In this document: positions 1-9,691 of the stretch, piece by piece
Position numbering within the stretch: position 1 is the first letter of the stretch
How the letters are laid out: every line of letters begins with the position of its first letter
Source of the DNA: Candidatus Velamenicoccus archaeovorus
GTDB lineage: Bacteria; Omnitrophota; Gorgyraeia; Velamenicoccales; Velamenicoccaceae
Direction: 5' to 3'
Assembly (NCBI RefSeq): GCF_004102945.1
Contig: NZ_CP019384.1
Span: 300,001 to 332,000 of the forward strand
DNA: 32,000 bases
Notes under the pieces: model-generated
The model's database searches: none
Seen by the model: the letters and a program-made list of their open reading frames with translations, nothing else
Told to the model about the DNA's origin: nothing
Program-made: the position numbers and the translations under genes

Positions 1-1
1 A

Positions 2-649
2 TCGGTCTGCAAGCTTTTTTTGAAGGAGTTCGACATTTCGGTCTCAAGCGATGTCGTCATGATCGGCGGCGAGACGGACAAAGAGCGCATGAAGAAGAAG
101 ATCGACGCCGCGCGCAAGCACCTCGATACGGTGGGGGGCAGCTTTACCGTCACGGCCAAAGGGTTGCCGCCGGGAATCGGCAGTTATGCCGCTGCCGACC
201 GCCGCCTGAACGCGCTTTTGGCCGGGGCTGTCATGTCGATCCCTGCCATCAAGGCCGTTGAGGTCGGCCTCGGCGTCGCCTATGCGCATGCCTTGGGCTC
301 CAGGGTGCATGACGCCATTTATTACACGAAAGACAAGGGTTATTTCCGCCGGACGAACCATGCCGGAGGCATCGAAGGCGGCATGACGAACGGCGAACCT
401 GTGGTTTTGAGATGCACCATGAAGCCGATCGCCACCATCGGCAAGCCCCTGGAATCCGTTGACATCGTGACCAAGAAGGCGGTCAAGGCGGCGGTGGAAC
501 GCTATGACACCTGCGCCGTGGAAGCGGCGGCGGTGGTCGCGGAGTCTGCCGTCGCCATTGTCCTGGCACAGGCATTTTTGGAAAAATTCGGCGGGGACAG
601 CATCACGGAGACCAGGAGAAATTACAAAGGATATACGAGGTCTCTATAG
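2..649 (+). CDS. aroC: chorismate synthase, C-terminal part (5' end outside window)
   Basis: The reading frame is open from the window edge. The translation (GGIEGGMTNGEPVVLRCTMKPIATIGKPL ... ERYDTCAVEAAAVVAESAVAIVLAQAFLEKFGGD) matches the conserved C-terminal half of chorismate synthases. A shikimate-pathway neighbour, aroK, follows. Confidence 0.9.
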   Translation, partial: SVCKLFLKEFDISVSSDVVMIGGETDKERMKKKIDAARKHLDTVGGSFTVTAKGLPPGIGSYAAADRRLNALLAGAVMSIPAIKAVEVGLGVAYAHALGSRVHDAIYYTKDKGYFRRTNHAGGIEGGMTNGEPVVLRCTMKPIATIGKPLESVDIVTKKAVKAAVERYDTCAVEAAAVVAESAVAIVLAQAFLEKFGGDSITETRRNYKGYTRSL

Positions 650-680
650 TCCGCATATCTTCTGTGTTATGAGAAAGTTA

Positions 681-715
681 GGGCCCTGGCGACGCGAGTT
701 GCCGGGGCCTTTTAT
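681..715 (+). terminator. intrinsic terminator after aroC
   Basis: The stem GGCCCTGGC (682-690) pairs with GCCGGGGCC (701-709), including one G-U pair, around a 10-nt loop. It is followed by TTTTAT (710-715), 32 nt after the aroC stop. Confidence 0.6.
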
Positions 716-784
716 CGTCAGCGGCCCTCTTTGCGCCGGGCTATCGTTTTGCTCCCAAAACCCCATACAGAAGTAAGGAATTGA

Positions 785-814
785 TTGACCATCCTTACCT
801 TATTATGATAAAAT
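785..814 (+). promoter_or_regulatory. candidate sigma70 promoter for aroK-dprA-topA
   Basis: TTGACC (785-790), an 18-nt spacer, then an extended -10 TGaTAAAAT (806-814). It lies downstream of the aroC terminator and about 70 nt upstream of the aroK ATG. Confidence 0.4.
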
Positions 815-885
815 TCTTTCACTATGTCGTAGAAGCAGTAACGAAATATTCGGTCCTGTGGTCAAAAGAGGGGCACGGGGGTCAA

Positions 886-1398
886 ATGAAAAATATTTAC
901 CTTGTAGGATTTATGGCTACGGGAAAGACCGCTGTGGCTAAAATTCTGGCCGGCCGCCTGAATTTGAAGCTTGTGGATATGGATGCCGAGATCGAAGCTC
1001 GGGAAAAGATGCCAATCAGCGAAATCTTCCGGCTTAAGGGGGAACCTTATTTCCGCGATCTCGAAAAGGGATTTATCAAGCGCCTGGCGCGCGGGGAAGG
1101 GCAGGCCGTTGCCTGCGGCGGAGGCGTGTTTGTCGACCCCGAGAATATCGGCACGATGAAGAAGAGCGGCGTTGTTATATGCTTGACGTCGAAGCCCGAG
1201 ACGATCCTGCGGCGCACGGCCGCGGATGCCTCGCGTCCTTTGTTGAATGTCGCCGATCCCCAAAAGAAGATTGAGGAGCTTTTAGAGAAACGGCGGCCTT
1301 TTTATGCCCAGGCGCACCACACGATCGACTGCGACGCCTTGAGCGTCGAGGAGAGCGCGCAGGCGGTTTTAAACATTCTTCAGCATGAACGACTTTGA
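886..1398 (+). CDS. aroK: shikimate kinase
   Basis: The P-loop is at the N-terminus (MKNIYLVGFMATGKTAVAKILA) and the DMD ... FR.LE motifs are present. I chose the ATG at 886, which has the purine-rich AAGAGGGGCACGGGGG upstream, over the ORF-track start at 781, which would add a non-homologous extension across the promoter. Confidence 0.9.
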   Translation: MKNIYLVGFMATGKTAVAKILAGRLNLKLVDMDAEIEAREKMPISEIFRLKGEPYFRDLEKGFIKRLARGEGQAVACGGGVFVDPENIGTMKKSGVVICLTSKPETILRRTAADASRPLLNVADPQKKIEELLEKRRPFYAQAHHTIDCDALSVEESAQAVLNILQHERL

Positions 1399-2512
1399 AG
1401 CCCTTGTATTATTGAATATGGTGAAGGGAATCGGCAGCATCCGTATGCGCAGGCTCCTGGATGCCTTCGGTTCTCCTGTGGATATTTTTAAGGCAGCGCC
1501 CCAGAAATTGGTCGAGGCGGCCGGCCTGACCCCTTTTCTGGCGCGCTTGGTTCTTGCGGCGCCCGGACAGATGGACCCCATTGCCGAGATCCGCAGGGCC
1601 GATGCGCTGGGCATCCGCATCATGAGCATCGCAGACGAGGATTATCCCGCAAGCCTGCGCGCGATCCCGGATCCGCCATGCATTCTTTATGTCAAAGGGG
1701 ATCTTTTGCCGTGTGATGCTAATGCCTTGGCTGTCGTCGGTTCGCGCGGGGCGTCGCTCTACGGCCTTTCGAGCGCGAAGATGTTTGGTTCGCGGCTTTC
1801 CGAATACGGCCTGACGATCGTCTCCGGCCTGGCCCGGGGGATCGATACAGCCGCCCATCGGGCCGCGCTCGATGCCGGCGGCCGGACGATCGCCGTTTTG
1901 GGCAGCGGGTTGGAATGCATTTATCCGCCGGAGAATGAAGGAATGTTTTGCCAGATCGCCCGTGAAGGCGCCGTGGTATCGCAATTCCCTCTGCGCATGC
2001 CGCCCCTGCCGCAGAATTTTCCTATGCGCAACCGCATCATCAGCGGCCTGTCCAAAGGCGTTCTTGTCGTGGAGGCCTCGGCGAAGAGCGGCGCCTTGAT
2101 CACGGCGCGCTGCGCGCTGGAACAGGGGCGGGAGGTCTTTGCTCTCCCCGGCGAGGTCGGCCGGGAGAACGCCTACGGGGTCAATGCCCTCATCAAGGAC
2201 GGGGCATGTCTGGTGATGCGGCCCGAAGAGATATTGGAGACGCTCAAGCCGCTCTTGAGCTTTTCGTCGGGAGAATCCCGTCTCGAGGAGGAAACGTCTG
2301 CCGCAGGCGGGGACACATGGGACGAGGATGATCCCAGGGAGCACGTCCGGGATGTCTGGCAGTCTTTGGATGGAGAGCCCGCCCATATCGATAACATCGC
2401 GCAAAAAACAGGATTAAGCATTCCGGAGATCCTTTCGATCTTGGTCGAACTTGAACTCAAAGGGGTTGTCCGCAGATTTCCCGGTCAGTCGTTCACCAGG
2501 AATGCGAGTTGA
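1385..2512 (+). CDS. dprA: DNA processing protein DprA/Smf
   Basis: It contains the Rossmann-like DprA core (VVGSRGASLYG ... IVSGLARGIDTAAHRAAL ... TIAVLGSGLECIYPPEN ... FPMRNRIISGLS). The dprA-topA adjacency is widely conserved. It overlaps the aroK end by 14 nt. Confidence 0.9.
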   Translation: MNDFEALVLLNMVKGIGSIRMRRLLDAFGSPVDIFKAAPQKLVEAAGLTPFLARLVLAAPGQMDPIAEIRRADALGIRIMSIADEDYPASLRAIPDPPCILYVKGDLLPCDANALAVVGSRGASLYGLSSAKMFGSRLSEYGLTIVSGLARGIDTAAHRAALDAGGRTIAVLGSGLECIYPPENEGMFCQIAREGAVVSQFPLRMPPLPQNFPMRNRIISGLSKGVLVVEASAKSGALITARCALEQGREVFALPGEVGRENAYGVNALIKDGACLVMRPEEILETLKPLLSFSSGESRLEEETSAAGGDTWDEDDPREHVRDVWQSLDGEPAHIDNIAQKTGLSIPEILSILVELELKGVVRRFPGQSFTRNAS

Positions 2513-2530
2513 CGCCTAAAAAAGGGAGCC

Positions 2531-4567
2531 ATGTCTAAAAAAGCCATTGTGATCGTAGAGTCGCCTGCCAAGGCCAGGACGATCTCCAAATTCCTCGGCA
2601 AGGATTTTTCCGTCGTCAGTTCCATGGGGCATATCGTGGACCTGCCGCAAAAGAAGCTGGGCGTGGAGATCGACAACGCATACAAGACGGAATACGTCGT
2701 CATCCCCGGCAAGAAGAAGCTCCTGGGCGAATTGAAAAAGACGGCCAAGGATGTGGACGCCGTTTATTTCGCGACCGACCCTGACCGGGAGGGCGAGGCG
2801 ATTGGATGGAATCTGAAGGAATGGATGTCGTTAAAAAAACAGGAGGTCTACCGGGTCGAATTCCACGAGATCACGAAGTCGGCGATCGACGAGGCGTTCC
2901 GTTCGCCGCGCGCCTTTAACGAGGACCGCATCCGCGCCCAGCAGGCCCGGCGCATCCTCGACCGCATCGTCGGATATTTCCTGAGTCCTTTGTTATGGCG
3001 CAAGGTGACACGAGGCTTGAGCGCGGGCCGCGTCCAGTCGGTGGCCCTCCGGTTGATCGTCGAACGCGAAAAAGAGATCCGCGCCTTTGTGCCCCAGGAA
3101 TACTGGAGCATCGACGCCGAATTCAAGAAAAAGGAGGGGGCGGCCAAAGACAAGAGGCCTTTCCGGGCGTCCTTGGAGAAGATCGACGACCAGAAGATAC
3201 AGATCGCAAACGAAGCAGAGGCGCAAAAGATCGTTGCAGACCTTGCCGCCAAGGATTTCAAGGTCGAGAGCGTTGACAAGACGATGAAATCACGCTCTCC
3301 CCTGGCGCCGTTCATCACCAGCACCCTGCAGCAGGACGCCTTTAACAAGCTGCGGTATTCGGCGACCAAGACGATGTTCATCGCCCAGCAGCTCTATGAA
3401 GGCATCGAGGTGGGCGAGGAAGGCCCTGTGGGGTTGATCACCTATATGCGCACCGATTCGACGCAAGTGGCGCAGGTGGCTTTGAGCGAAGTCCGGTCTT
3501 TTATCTCTTCGGCATACGGCGCGCCCTATCTGCCCGATGCGCCGCGCGTTTATAAATCCAAAAAGCTGGCCCAGGAAGCCCATGAGGCCATCCGGCCGAC
3601 CGGCGTCAAGCGTACGCCGAAAGACATGCAGGCGTACCTGACCCCTGAACAACTTAAACTATACGAGCTGATCTGGAAACGTTTCGTGGCGTCCCAGATG
3701 AACCCGGCGCAGATGGAGCAGACCTCGGTCGTGATCCGGGCGGACCGTTATGCCCTGAAGGCGACTGGCTCCCGGCTCATTTTTGACGGTTTCAGCGTTC
3801 TCTACAAGTCGGAGGATGATTCCGAGGAAGAGGCCAAAAAAGAGCTGCCTGCCTTGGCTGCGGCGGACGCCCTGACTCTGGTCACGCTTGAGCCGGGCCA
3901 GCACTTCACCAAGCCGCCGGCCCGCTACTCGGAAGGTTCGCTCATCAAGGCCCTCGAAGAAGACGGGGTGGGCCGCCCCAGCACCTACGCGCCGACGATC
4001 GCGACCGTCGTGTCGCGGGATTATGTCCGCCGGGAGAAGGGGTATCTCTTGCCGACGGACCTGGGCATCAAGGTGAGCGAATTATTGGTCAGCTATTTTC
4101 CTCAGGTCATGGACGTCTCCTTTACGGCGCACATGGAGGAAGAACTGGATATGATCGAGGACGGCAAGGCCGACTGGGTCAAGATCCTGAACGAATTCTA
4201 TGCGCCATTCAAGGAGAAGCTGGATTTCGCGGCGCAGGACATCAAGAAAGAAGTCATCTACACCGATGAGATCTGCGACAAGTGCGGCAAGCCCATGGTC
4301 GTCAAATGGGGGCGCAAAGGCAAATTTTTGAGCTGTTCGGATTATCCTACCTGCAAAAACTCTAAGTCCATTTCTTCGGGCGTCAAATGCCCTGCCCCCG
4401 GCTGCGGAGGCGATCTCATCCTGCGGCGGTCCTATCGCGGCCGCTCGTTCTACGGTTGCAGCAATTATCCGAAGTGCACCTTCACGTCGCGCGACCTGCC
4501 TTCGACGGAAGAGACGCCGGCCGCGGATGCACAAGATAAGAACACTTTACCGCCGCAAGGCGATTGA
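2531..4567 (+). CDS. topA: DNA topoisomerase I
   Basis: The N-terminus is a Toprim domain (AIVIVESPAKARTISKFLG), the active-site region reads GLITYMRTDS, and two C-terminal C4 zinc-ribbon motifs are present (CDKCGKPM...CSDYPTC; CPAPGCGG...CSNYPKC). Confidence 0.95.
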   Translation: MSKKAIVIVESPAKARTISKFLGKDFSVVSSMGHIVDLPQKKLGVEIDNAYKTEYVVIPGKKKLLGELKKTAKDVDAVYFATDPDREGEAIGWNLKEWMSLKKQEVYRVEFHEITKSAIDEAFRSPRAFNEDRIRAQQARRILDRIVGYFLSPLLWRKVTRGLSAGRVQSVALRLIVEREKEIRAFVPQEYWSIDAEFKKKEGAAKDKRPFRASLEKIDDQKIQIANEAEAQKIVADLAAKDFKVESVDKTMKSRSPLAPFITSTLQQDAFNKLRYSATKTMFIAQQLYEGIEVGEEGPVGLITYMRTDSTQVAQVALSEVRSFISSAYGAPYLPDAPRVYKSKKLAQEAHEAIRPTGVKRTPKDMQAYLTPEQLKLYELIWKRFVASQMNPAQMEQTSVVIRADRYALKATGSRLIFDGFSVLYKSEDDSEEEAKKELPALAAADALTLVTLEPGQHFTKPPARYSEGSLIKALEEDGVGRPSTYAPTIATVVSRDYVRREKGYLLPTDLGIKVSELLVSYFPQVMDVSFTAHMEEELDMIEDGKADWVKILNEFYAPFKEKLDFAAQDIKKEVIYTDEICDKCGKPMVVKWGRKGKFLSCSDYPTCKNSKSISSGVKCPAPGCGGDLILRRSYRGRSFYGCSNYPKCTFTSRDLPSTEETPAADAQDKNTLPPQGD

Positions 4568-4630
4568 AGGATCGTCCGTTTCTATCGCGGATGATTGCGA
4601 ACATGTCCGCGTCAGCCGGTGTGGCGTCGT

Positions 4631-6496
4631 ATGAAAACGAAAGACTTTAAAGAAATCCTGAAAACAAAAGTCCTGGTTTGCGATGGGGCCCTGGGGACCG
4701 TGTTCTATGAGAGGGGGCTATCGTCGGGCCGCCCCTGTGAATATCTCAATATCGCTCGTCCCGAGGCTGTCCTGGCCCTGCACCGGGAATATGTTGATGC
4801 CGGTTGCGATATCGTCCAGACCAATACATTCGCCGCCAATAAGGTCAGGCTTTCCGTCTACGGCCTTCAGAACGAAGCGGAAGCGATGAATCTGGCCGGC
4901 GCCAGGATTGCGCGGGAGGCGGCGGGGAACCGCGATATTTTTGTCGCCGGATCTATCGGCCCTTTGGGCCGTTTTCCCTTGGAACAGGATCTGTCGCAAG
5001 AAGATGTCCGCGCTATTTTTAAAGAACAGATATCGGCCCTGCTCGCCGGCGGGGTCGATATTTTCGTCCTCGAGACGTTTCAGAGCTTGAGGGAACTCCG
5101 TCTGGCTTTGGATGTCTGTCGTTCGGTTTCTTCGCTTCCGGTCGTCTGCCAAATGTCGTTTCAGGAAAACATGGGGACGGCTTTTGGGGAAGATATGCAT
5201 CAGGTGGTCCGCGAATTGGAGGCGGGCGGCGCAGACGTCATCGGGGCCAATTGCGGCCTGGGTCCGGCGCATATCCTGGAAGCAGCCCGCCGTCTCGTTT
5301 CCTTGTCGTCCGGTTATGTTTCCGCCCAGCCGAACGCAGGCTATCCGCAAGTCGTCGAAGGCCGCACATATTATTTGACGACGCCGGACTATTTTGCCCA
5401 ATACGCGTTGACCTTGAAGGAAATAGGCGTGAATATCATCGGGGGTTGCTGCGGGATCGCTCCCGCGCATATCCGTTTGGCGGCCCGCGCCGTCAAGGGA
5501 GCGGCTCCTATGAGCCGTTCCTCGGAGACCTTTATCCTGCACCAGCCCCGCATAGCGGGACGGGACAGGATTTCGCTATCCAGCGAGAAGAAATCGTCAG
5601 GCATCGCGGATCTTGTGGGCCGTGACCGTTTTACCGTGATTGCAGAGCTTCTGCCGCCGAAAAATGCGGACATCCGCAAGATGGAGGCTGCAGCTGATCT
5701 CTTAAAGGCGGGAGGCGCCGATGTGATCAGCGTGCCCGAGAATCCTTTGGGGCAGAGCCGCATGAGTTCTCTTATGGCCGCGGCTTGCGTGAAGGAACGG
5801 ACAGGCCTGGAAGCCGTTTCTCATTTTACGTGCCGCGACCGTAATCTCATCGGTATCCAGTCGGATCTGCTGGGCGCCCATGCCCTGGGCCTGACAGGGC
5901 TTTTGGCGGTCACGGGGGATCCGGTAGGGCTCGGTTCCCATGGCAAGGCCACGAATGTCTATGATTTGAACGCCATCCAGCTTATCACGCTCATCGAGAA
6001 CATGAACCGCCACATGGGGTTGAATATGTGCGTTGGGGCGGCTTTCAATCCCAATGCAAAAAATATCGACGCCCAGATATCTTATTTGCGGCGCAAGGTG
6101 GACGCCGGGGCCCGTTTTGTCATGACACAGCCCCTTTTTGAGGCCTCGAGGATTTTGGAAATCCACGATAGGATTAAATCCGCAGGCGTTCCTGTTTTTT
6201 ACGGCGTTCTTCCTTTGGTCAGCAGCAAGAACGCGGAGTTTCTCCATAACGAAGTGCCGGGGATTTCCATCCCCGAGGAGATCCGCCGGCGCATGCGGAT
6301 CGACGACAGGGAGATGGCGGTCCGGGAAGGCGAAGCGATCGCCATGGAGATCATCGAGTCTGTCCGCGGCCGCGTGAACGGGATATATCTTGTTTCTCCT
6401 TTTGGCCGCTATGACGTCAGCGCGCGTATCATCAAGGCCTTATCGGTCCGTCGGGATGCGCCGAGTTTCCCCGGACAAGCTGGAGGTGTTAAGTGA
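4631..6496 (+). CDS. yitJ: bifunctional homocysteine S-methyltransferase / 5,10-methylenetetrahydrofolate reductase (YitJ-like fusion)
   Basis: The N-terminal ~290 aa form a Hcy-binding S-methyltransferase domain (VCDGALGT ... QTNTF ... GANCGLGP ... IGGCCG). The C-terminal half is MTHFR-like (ELLPPK ... HFTCRD ... LAVTGDP ... FVMTQPLF). The ATG at 4631 is preferred to 4595. Confidence 0.8.
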   Translation: MKTKDFKEILKTKVLVCDGALGTVFYERGLSSGRPCEYLNIARPEAVLALHREYVDAGCDIVQTNTFAANKVRLSVYGLQNEAEAMNLAGARIAREAAGNRDIFVAGSIGPLGRFPLEQDLSQEDVRAIFKEQISALLAGGVDIFVLETFQSLRELRLALDVCRSVSSLPVVCQMSFQENMGTAFGEDMHQVVRELEAGGADVIGANCGLGPAHILEAARRLVSLSSGYVSAQPNAGYPQVVEGRTYYLTTPDYFAQYALTLKEIGVNIIGGCCGIAPAHIRLAARAVKGAAPMSRSSETFILHQPRIAGRDRISLSSEKKSSGIADLVGRDRFTVIAELLPPKNADIRKMEAAADLLKAGGADVISVPENPLGQSRMSSLMAAACVKERTGLEAVSHFTCRDRNLIGIQSDLLGAHALGLTGLLAVTGDPVGLGSHGKATNVYDLNAIQLITLIENMNRHMGLNMCVGAAFNPNAKNIDAQISYLRRKVDAGARFVMTQPLFEASRILEIHDRIKSAGVPVFYGVLPLVSSKNAEFLHNEVPGISIPEEIRRRMRIDDREMAVREGEAIAMEIIESVRGRVNGIYLVSPFGRYDVSARIIKALSVRRDAPSFPGQAGGVK

Positions 6497-7455
6497 TCAT
6501 CGTGACTGGGGCCGCGGGTTTTATCGGAAGTTGTTTTTTAGAAAAGCTTAATCGTGAGGGGATCGACGATATCGTGGCGGTCGACAGGCTTGACGGATCG
6601 GATAAGTGGAGGGGCCTGGCGAACAAGCGGATCCAGGATTACCTCGACAAGGACGATCTTTTGGAGCGCATCCGTTCAAACCGCATGCCCCGCGTGCGTC
6701 AGATCGTCCACATGGGGGCGTGCAGTTCTACGACGTGCACGGACGCGCGTTACGTCATGGACAATAATTTTGCCTATTCCCGGGAACTGGCCCTCTGGGC
6801 GTTCCGCAGGAAGGTCCCTTTTTTGTACGCCTCTTCGGCGGCGACATACGGGGACGGGGAACTCGGCTTTGACGATGATCCCGCTTTGTTGACGAGATTG
6901 CGGCCGTTGAACATCTACGGCTACTCCAAGCATCTCTTCGACCTGTGGATCCGGGCCCATGGATATAGCCGCCGGGCCACGGGCCTGAAGTTTTTTAATG
7001 TATTCGGCCCCAACGAATATCACAAGGGAGATATGGCGAGTGTCTTATGCCGGCGTTTTGACGAGATCATGGCCGGAGGGGATTTCCGCCTTTTTAAGTC
7101 CTACCGCGCCGATTATAAGGACGGCGAGCAAAAGAGGGACTTTATTTATGTCAAGGACGCCGTCGAGGCGATGTTCTTCTTCATCGTCCACCCCGGCAAA
7201 ACAGGCCTCTATAACCTGGGGACAGGCGAGGCGCGCAGCTGGAACGACTTGGCAAAGGCCCTCTTTGCGGCGCTGGGGCAGAAACCGAGGATCTTTTATA
7301 TCGATATGCCCGAAGAACTCAGGGGCCGTTATCAATATTTTACCCAGGCCAGGATGGACCGATTGCGAAAAGCCGGCTTCAAGACGTCTTTCCGTTCTTT
7401 GGAGGAATCCGTAGCCGACTATGCCGGCTATCTGAAGGGCAAGACATATTTGTGA
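6493..7455 (+). CDS. hldD: ADP-L-glycero-D-manno-heptose 6-epimerase
   Basis: MIIVTGAAGFIGS ... HMGACSSTT ... FLYASSAATYG ... NIYGYSK ... FFNVFGPNEYHKG.MASV ... KRDFIYVKD ... GRYQYFTQA is nearly colinear with RfaD/HldD. The GTG start overlaps the upstream stop (GTGA), with GGAGG 6 nt upstream. Confidence 0.93.
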   Translation: MIIVTGAAGFIGSCFLEKLNREGIDDIVAVDRLDGSDKWRGLANKRIQDYLDKDDLLERIRSNRMPRVRQIVHMGACSSTTCTDARYVMDNNFAYSRELALWAFRRKVPFLYASSAATYGDGELGFDDDPALLTRLRPLNIYGYSKHLFDLWIRAHGYSRRATGLKFFNVFGPNEYHKGDMASVLCRRFDEIMAGGDFRLFKSYRADYKDGEQKRDFIYVKDAVEAMFFFIVHPGKTGLYNLGTGEARSWNDLAKALFAALGQKPRIFYIDMPEELRGRYQYFTQARMDRLRKAGFKTSFRSLEESVADYAGYLKGKTYL

Positions 7456-7472
7456 TGTTCTAAGGAATAGCC

Positions 7473-8333
7473 ATGGAACGCCATATCGACAAATTTTTGC
7501 GGTATCTGGAGATCGAGAGGAATGCCTCGATCCATACGATCAAGAACTACACGACCGATCTCCATGAGTTCGGCATCTTCTTGAAGGACGCGCCTGTCGA
7601 GAGCGTGGATTATCTGACGATCCGCCGTTTCCTGGCCCATCTCAAGGAACGCAATCTGACGTCGCGCAGCACGGCGCGCAAACTCTCGTCCTTGCGCAGT
7701 TTTTTTAAGTTTCTCGTCAAAGACGGTTACCTGAAGGTGAATCCTACGGATGCCGTGGCATCTCCCAAGCAGGAAAAGACCCTGCCGAAGTTCCTGAGCG
7801 AGACGGACGTCGTCAGCCTGATCGAGGCGCCGGACGAAGCGACGGTGCGCGGTCTCAGGGACCGGGCGATGCTGGAAACCCTTTATTCTACGGGGATGAG
7901 GATTTCGGAGCTGGTGGGCCTCCGGGAAGACGATATCGATTTTATCGGCGGGACTGTCAAGGTCTATGGCAAGGGAAAGAAGGAAAGATTGCTGCCTATC
8001 GGCGACCGGGCCCTGAAGGCCATCCGCAATTATCTTCGCAAGCGCAACGCCGTATCACGGGCCGTTTTTTTGAATAAGAACAAAAAGACGCTCGGCGCGC
8101 GGGGGTTCCGCAAGATCCTCGACAAATATGTCCGCCAGGCGAGCCTCAAAGAGCATATATCGCCGCACACCCTGCGTCATTCGTTCGCAACCCACCTGTT
8201 GAACCGCGGGGCGGATCTGCGTTCGGTCCAGGAGCTCCTGGGGCACGCGAACCTTTCGACGACACAGATATACACGCACTTAACGACCGAGAAACTCAAG
8301 AGCGTCTACGAAAAAGCGCACCCGCGCGCTTAA
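7473..8333 (+). CDS. xerC: tyrosine site-specific recombinase, XerC/XerD type
   Basis: It has the SAM-like N-domain (FLRYLEIERNASIHTIKNY) and the catalytic motifs RDRAMLETLYSTGMRISE, HTLRHSFATHLL and LLGHANLSTTQIYTH. I cannot tell XerC from XerD by eye. Confidence 0.8.
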   Translation: MERHIDKFLRYLEIERNASIHTIKNYTTDLHEFGIFLKDAPVESVDYLTIRRFLAHLKERNLTSRSTARKLSSLRSFFKFLVKDGYLKVNPTDAVASPKQEKTLPKFLSETDVVSLIEAPDEATVRGLRDRAMLETLYSTGMRISELVGLREDDIDFIGGTVKVYGKGKKERLLPIGDRALKAIRNYLRKRNAVSRAVFLNKNKKTLGARGFRKILDKYVRQASLKEHISPHTLRHSFATHLLNRGADLRSVQELLGHANLSTTQIYTHLTTEKLKSVYEKAHPRA

Positions 8334-8425
8334 AAGGGCTTGTCCCGTCAGAGAACGAGGTTCTCTCGCGGGGCGGGGGCGTGGGTTATCCGCCGGTTCA
8401 GGGGATTGTGGATGCAAAAACAGCC

Positions 8426-9691
8426 ATGATTTATTTTCTCTACGATATTCTTTTAGCCATTGCGGCCCTTGTCTATTTGCCGTTTTATGCGGTGCGGGGG
8501 CGGGTCCATGGCCGGATCCTGGATCGTATCGGCATCTTTTGCGCCGACGATTGGCAGGTCCCCGAGGATAAGAAGACGATTTGGATCCATGCCGTCAGCG
8601 TCGGAGAAGCTAGGGCCACGGAGTCCCTTGTGCGGTTTTTCCGCAGCCGGTGGCCGCAAACACGGATCGTCGTTTCGACGGTCACCCCTACGGGTTACGG
8701 GATCCTCAAGAAGGTTTTGAAAGACAATGAGCTTGCCGTTTTTGCGCCTCTGGATCTTTCGTGGGTCGTCAGGAAATTCTTAAAGGTGCTGCGGCCGTCT
8801 CTCGTCGTCATTATGGAGACCGAGCTTTGGCCCAACCTGATCCGTCTGAGTTCTGCCGCGGGTGCCCGTGTCGTGATCGTCAACGGCCGCATATCCGACA
8901 GGTCCTTCGCCGGTTATAAGAGGCTTTCCTGGTTGGTGGGGCCTGTCTTGAAGCTTATCGGTCTTTTCTGCATGCAGAGCCGTGAATCCGCCGACAGGAT
9001 TGTCGCGATGGGCGCCGATCCCGGGCGGGTGCACGTCATGGGCAATATCAAATTTGATATCAGCAGCGATTTTTCCAGGCCGGCGTTCCTGAAGAAGCTG
9101 CGTGCGTTGGCTCCAAACCAGATGCTGTGGGTCGCCGGGTCGACCCATGAGAACGAAGAAGAGATGCTTCTGGGGATTTACAAGTCTTTGCGCAAGGATT
9201 TTGCCGGCCTGCGCCTGGTGATTGCGCCGCGGCATTTGGAGAGGATCGATAAGATCCGCAGGCTCATACGCGTCAATGGCCTGGAAGCGGTGCTCGTGTC
9301 GCGGTTGGATAATTTGCAGAGCGGGCAAGTGGCCCTTTTGGATACGATGGGCGATCTCACGGCGCTTTATGAGCTGGCGGATGTTGTTTTTGTCGGCGGC
9401 AGCCTCGTCAACAAAGGCGGACATAACCCCATCGAACCGGCTGTTTTCGGCAAGCCGGTCCTTTTCGGCAAGCACATGGATAATTTCAGGGAGGTCCGCG
9501 ATATTTTTGTCCGTCAGGGGGCTGCGCTGGAGGTGGGGACGGTGCAAGACCTGGAATATGAATTGCGTCGTCTTCTGGCGAGTCCCGCCGAACGCAAGAC
9601 GCTTGGCGAAAAGGCCCGCGAGCTTCTGAGCCAGAACAGGGGCGCGACGGAACGCACGGTCTCTGAGATCGCCAGGGAGATGGACCTATGA
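8426..9691 (+). CDS. waaA: 3-deoxy-D-manno-octulosonic acid (Kdo) transferase
   Basis: IWIHAVSVGEA ... TPTG ... ETELWPNLI ... VNGRISDRS ... APRHLER ... FVGGSL...GGHNPIEPA are typical of KdtA/WaaA (GT30). The start could be 8381; I prefer the ATG at 8426, just before the N-terminal hydrophobic helix. Confidence 0.9.
   Translation: MIYFLYDILLAIAALVYLPFYAVRGRVHGRILDRIGIFCADDWQVPEDKKTIWIHAVSVGEARATESLVRFFRSRWPQTRIVVSTVTPTGYGILKKVLKDNELAVFAPLDLSWVVRKFLKVLRPSLVVIMETELWPNLIRLSSAAGARVVIVNGRISDRSFAGYKRLSWLVGPVLKLIGLFCMQSRESADRIVAMGADPGRVHVMGNIKFDISSDFSRPAFLKKLRALAPNQMLWVAGSTHENEEEMLLGIYKSLRKDFAGLRLVIAPRHLERIDKIRRLIRVNGLEAVLVSRLDNLQSGQVALLDTMGDLTALYELADVVFVGGSLVNKGGHNPIEPAVFGKPVLFGKHMDNFREVRDIFVRQGAALEVGTVQDLEYELRRLLASPAERKTLGEKARELLSQNRGATERTVSEIAREMDL

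Noticed and set aside
781-885. N-terminal extensions suggested by the ORF track: aroK from 781, GT4 from 14811, GT9-GT9 from 17781, kdsB from 23463, the aminotransferase from 30303 and the MTHFR fusion from 4595.
   Set aside because: The extensions are non-homologous to the family N-termini. They overlap upstream genes, promoters or repeat elements. In every case an internal ATG with a proper SD matches the expected protein start.
4568-4630. A possible SAM or T-box riboswitch upstream of the methionine-cycle fusion gene.
   Set aside because: The spacer is only about 60 nt and shows none of the conserved SAM-I/II or T-box motifs.
7473-8333. The tyrosine recombinase as a sign of an integrated mobile element or genomic-island boundary.
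   Set aside because: The sequence and length fit housekeeping XerC/XerD. I saw no flanking direct repeats, tRNA gene, phage or transposon genes, or compositional break. The neighbouring genes on both sides belong to the same LPS pathway.
8363-8390. The G-run cluster (GCGGGGCGGGGGCGTGGG) upstream of waaA as a G-quadruplex.
   Set aside because: I could identify only three clear G-runs, so it does not meet the four-run requirement. A small hairpin (GAGAAC-GAG-GTTCTC, 8351-8365) after xerC is the only supported structure here.
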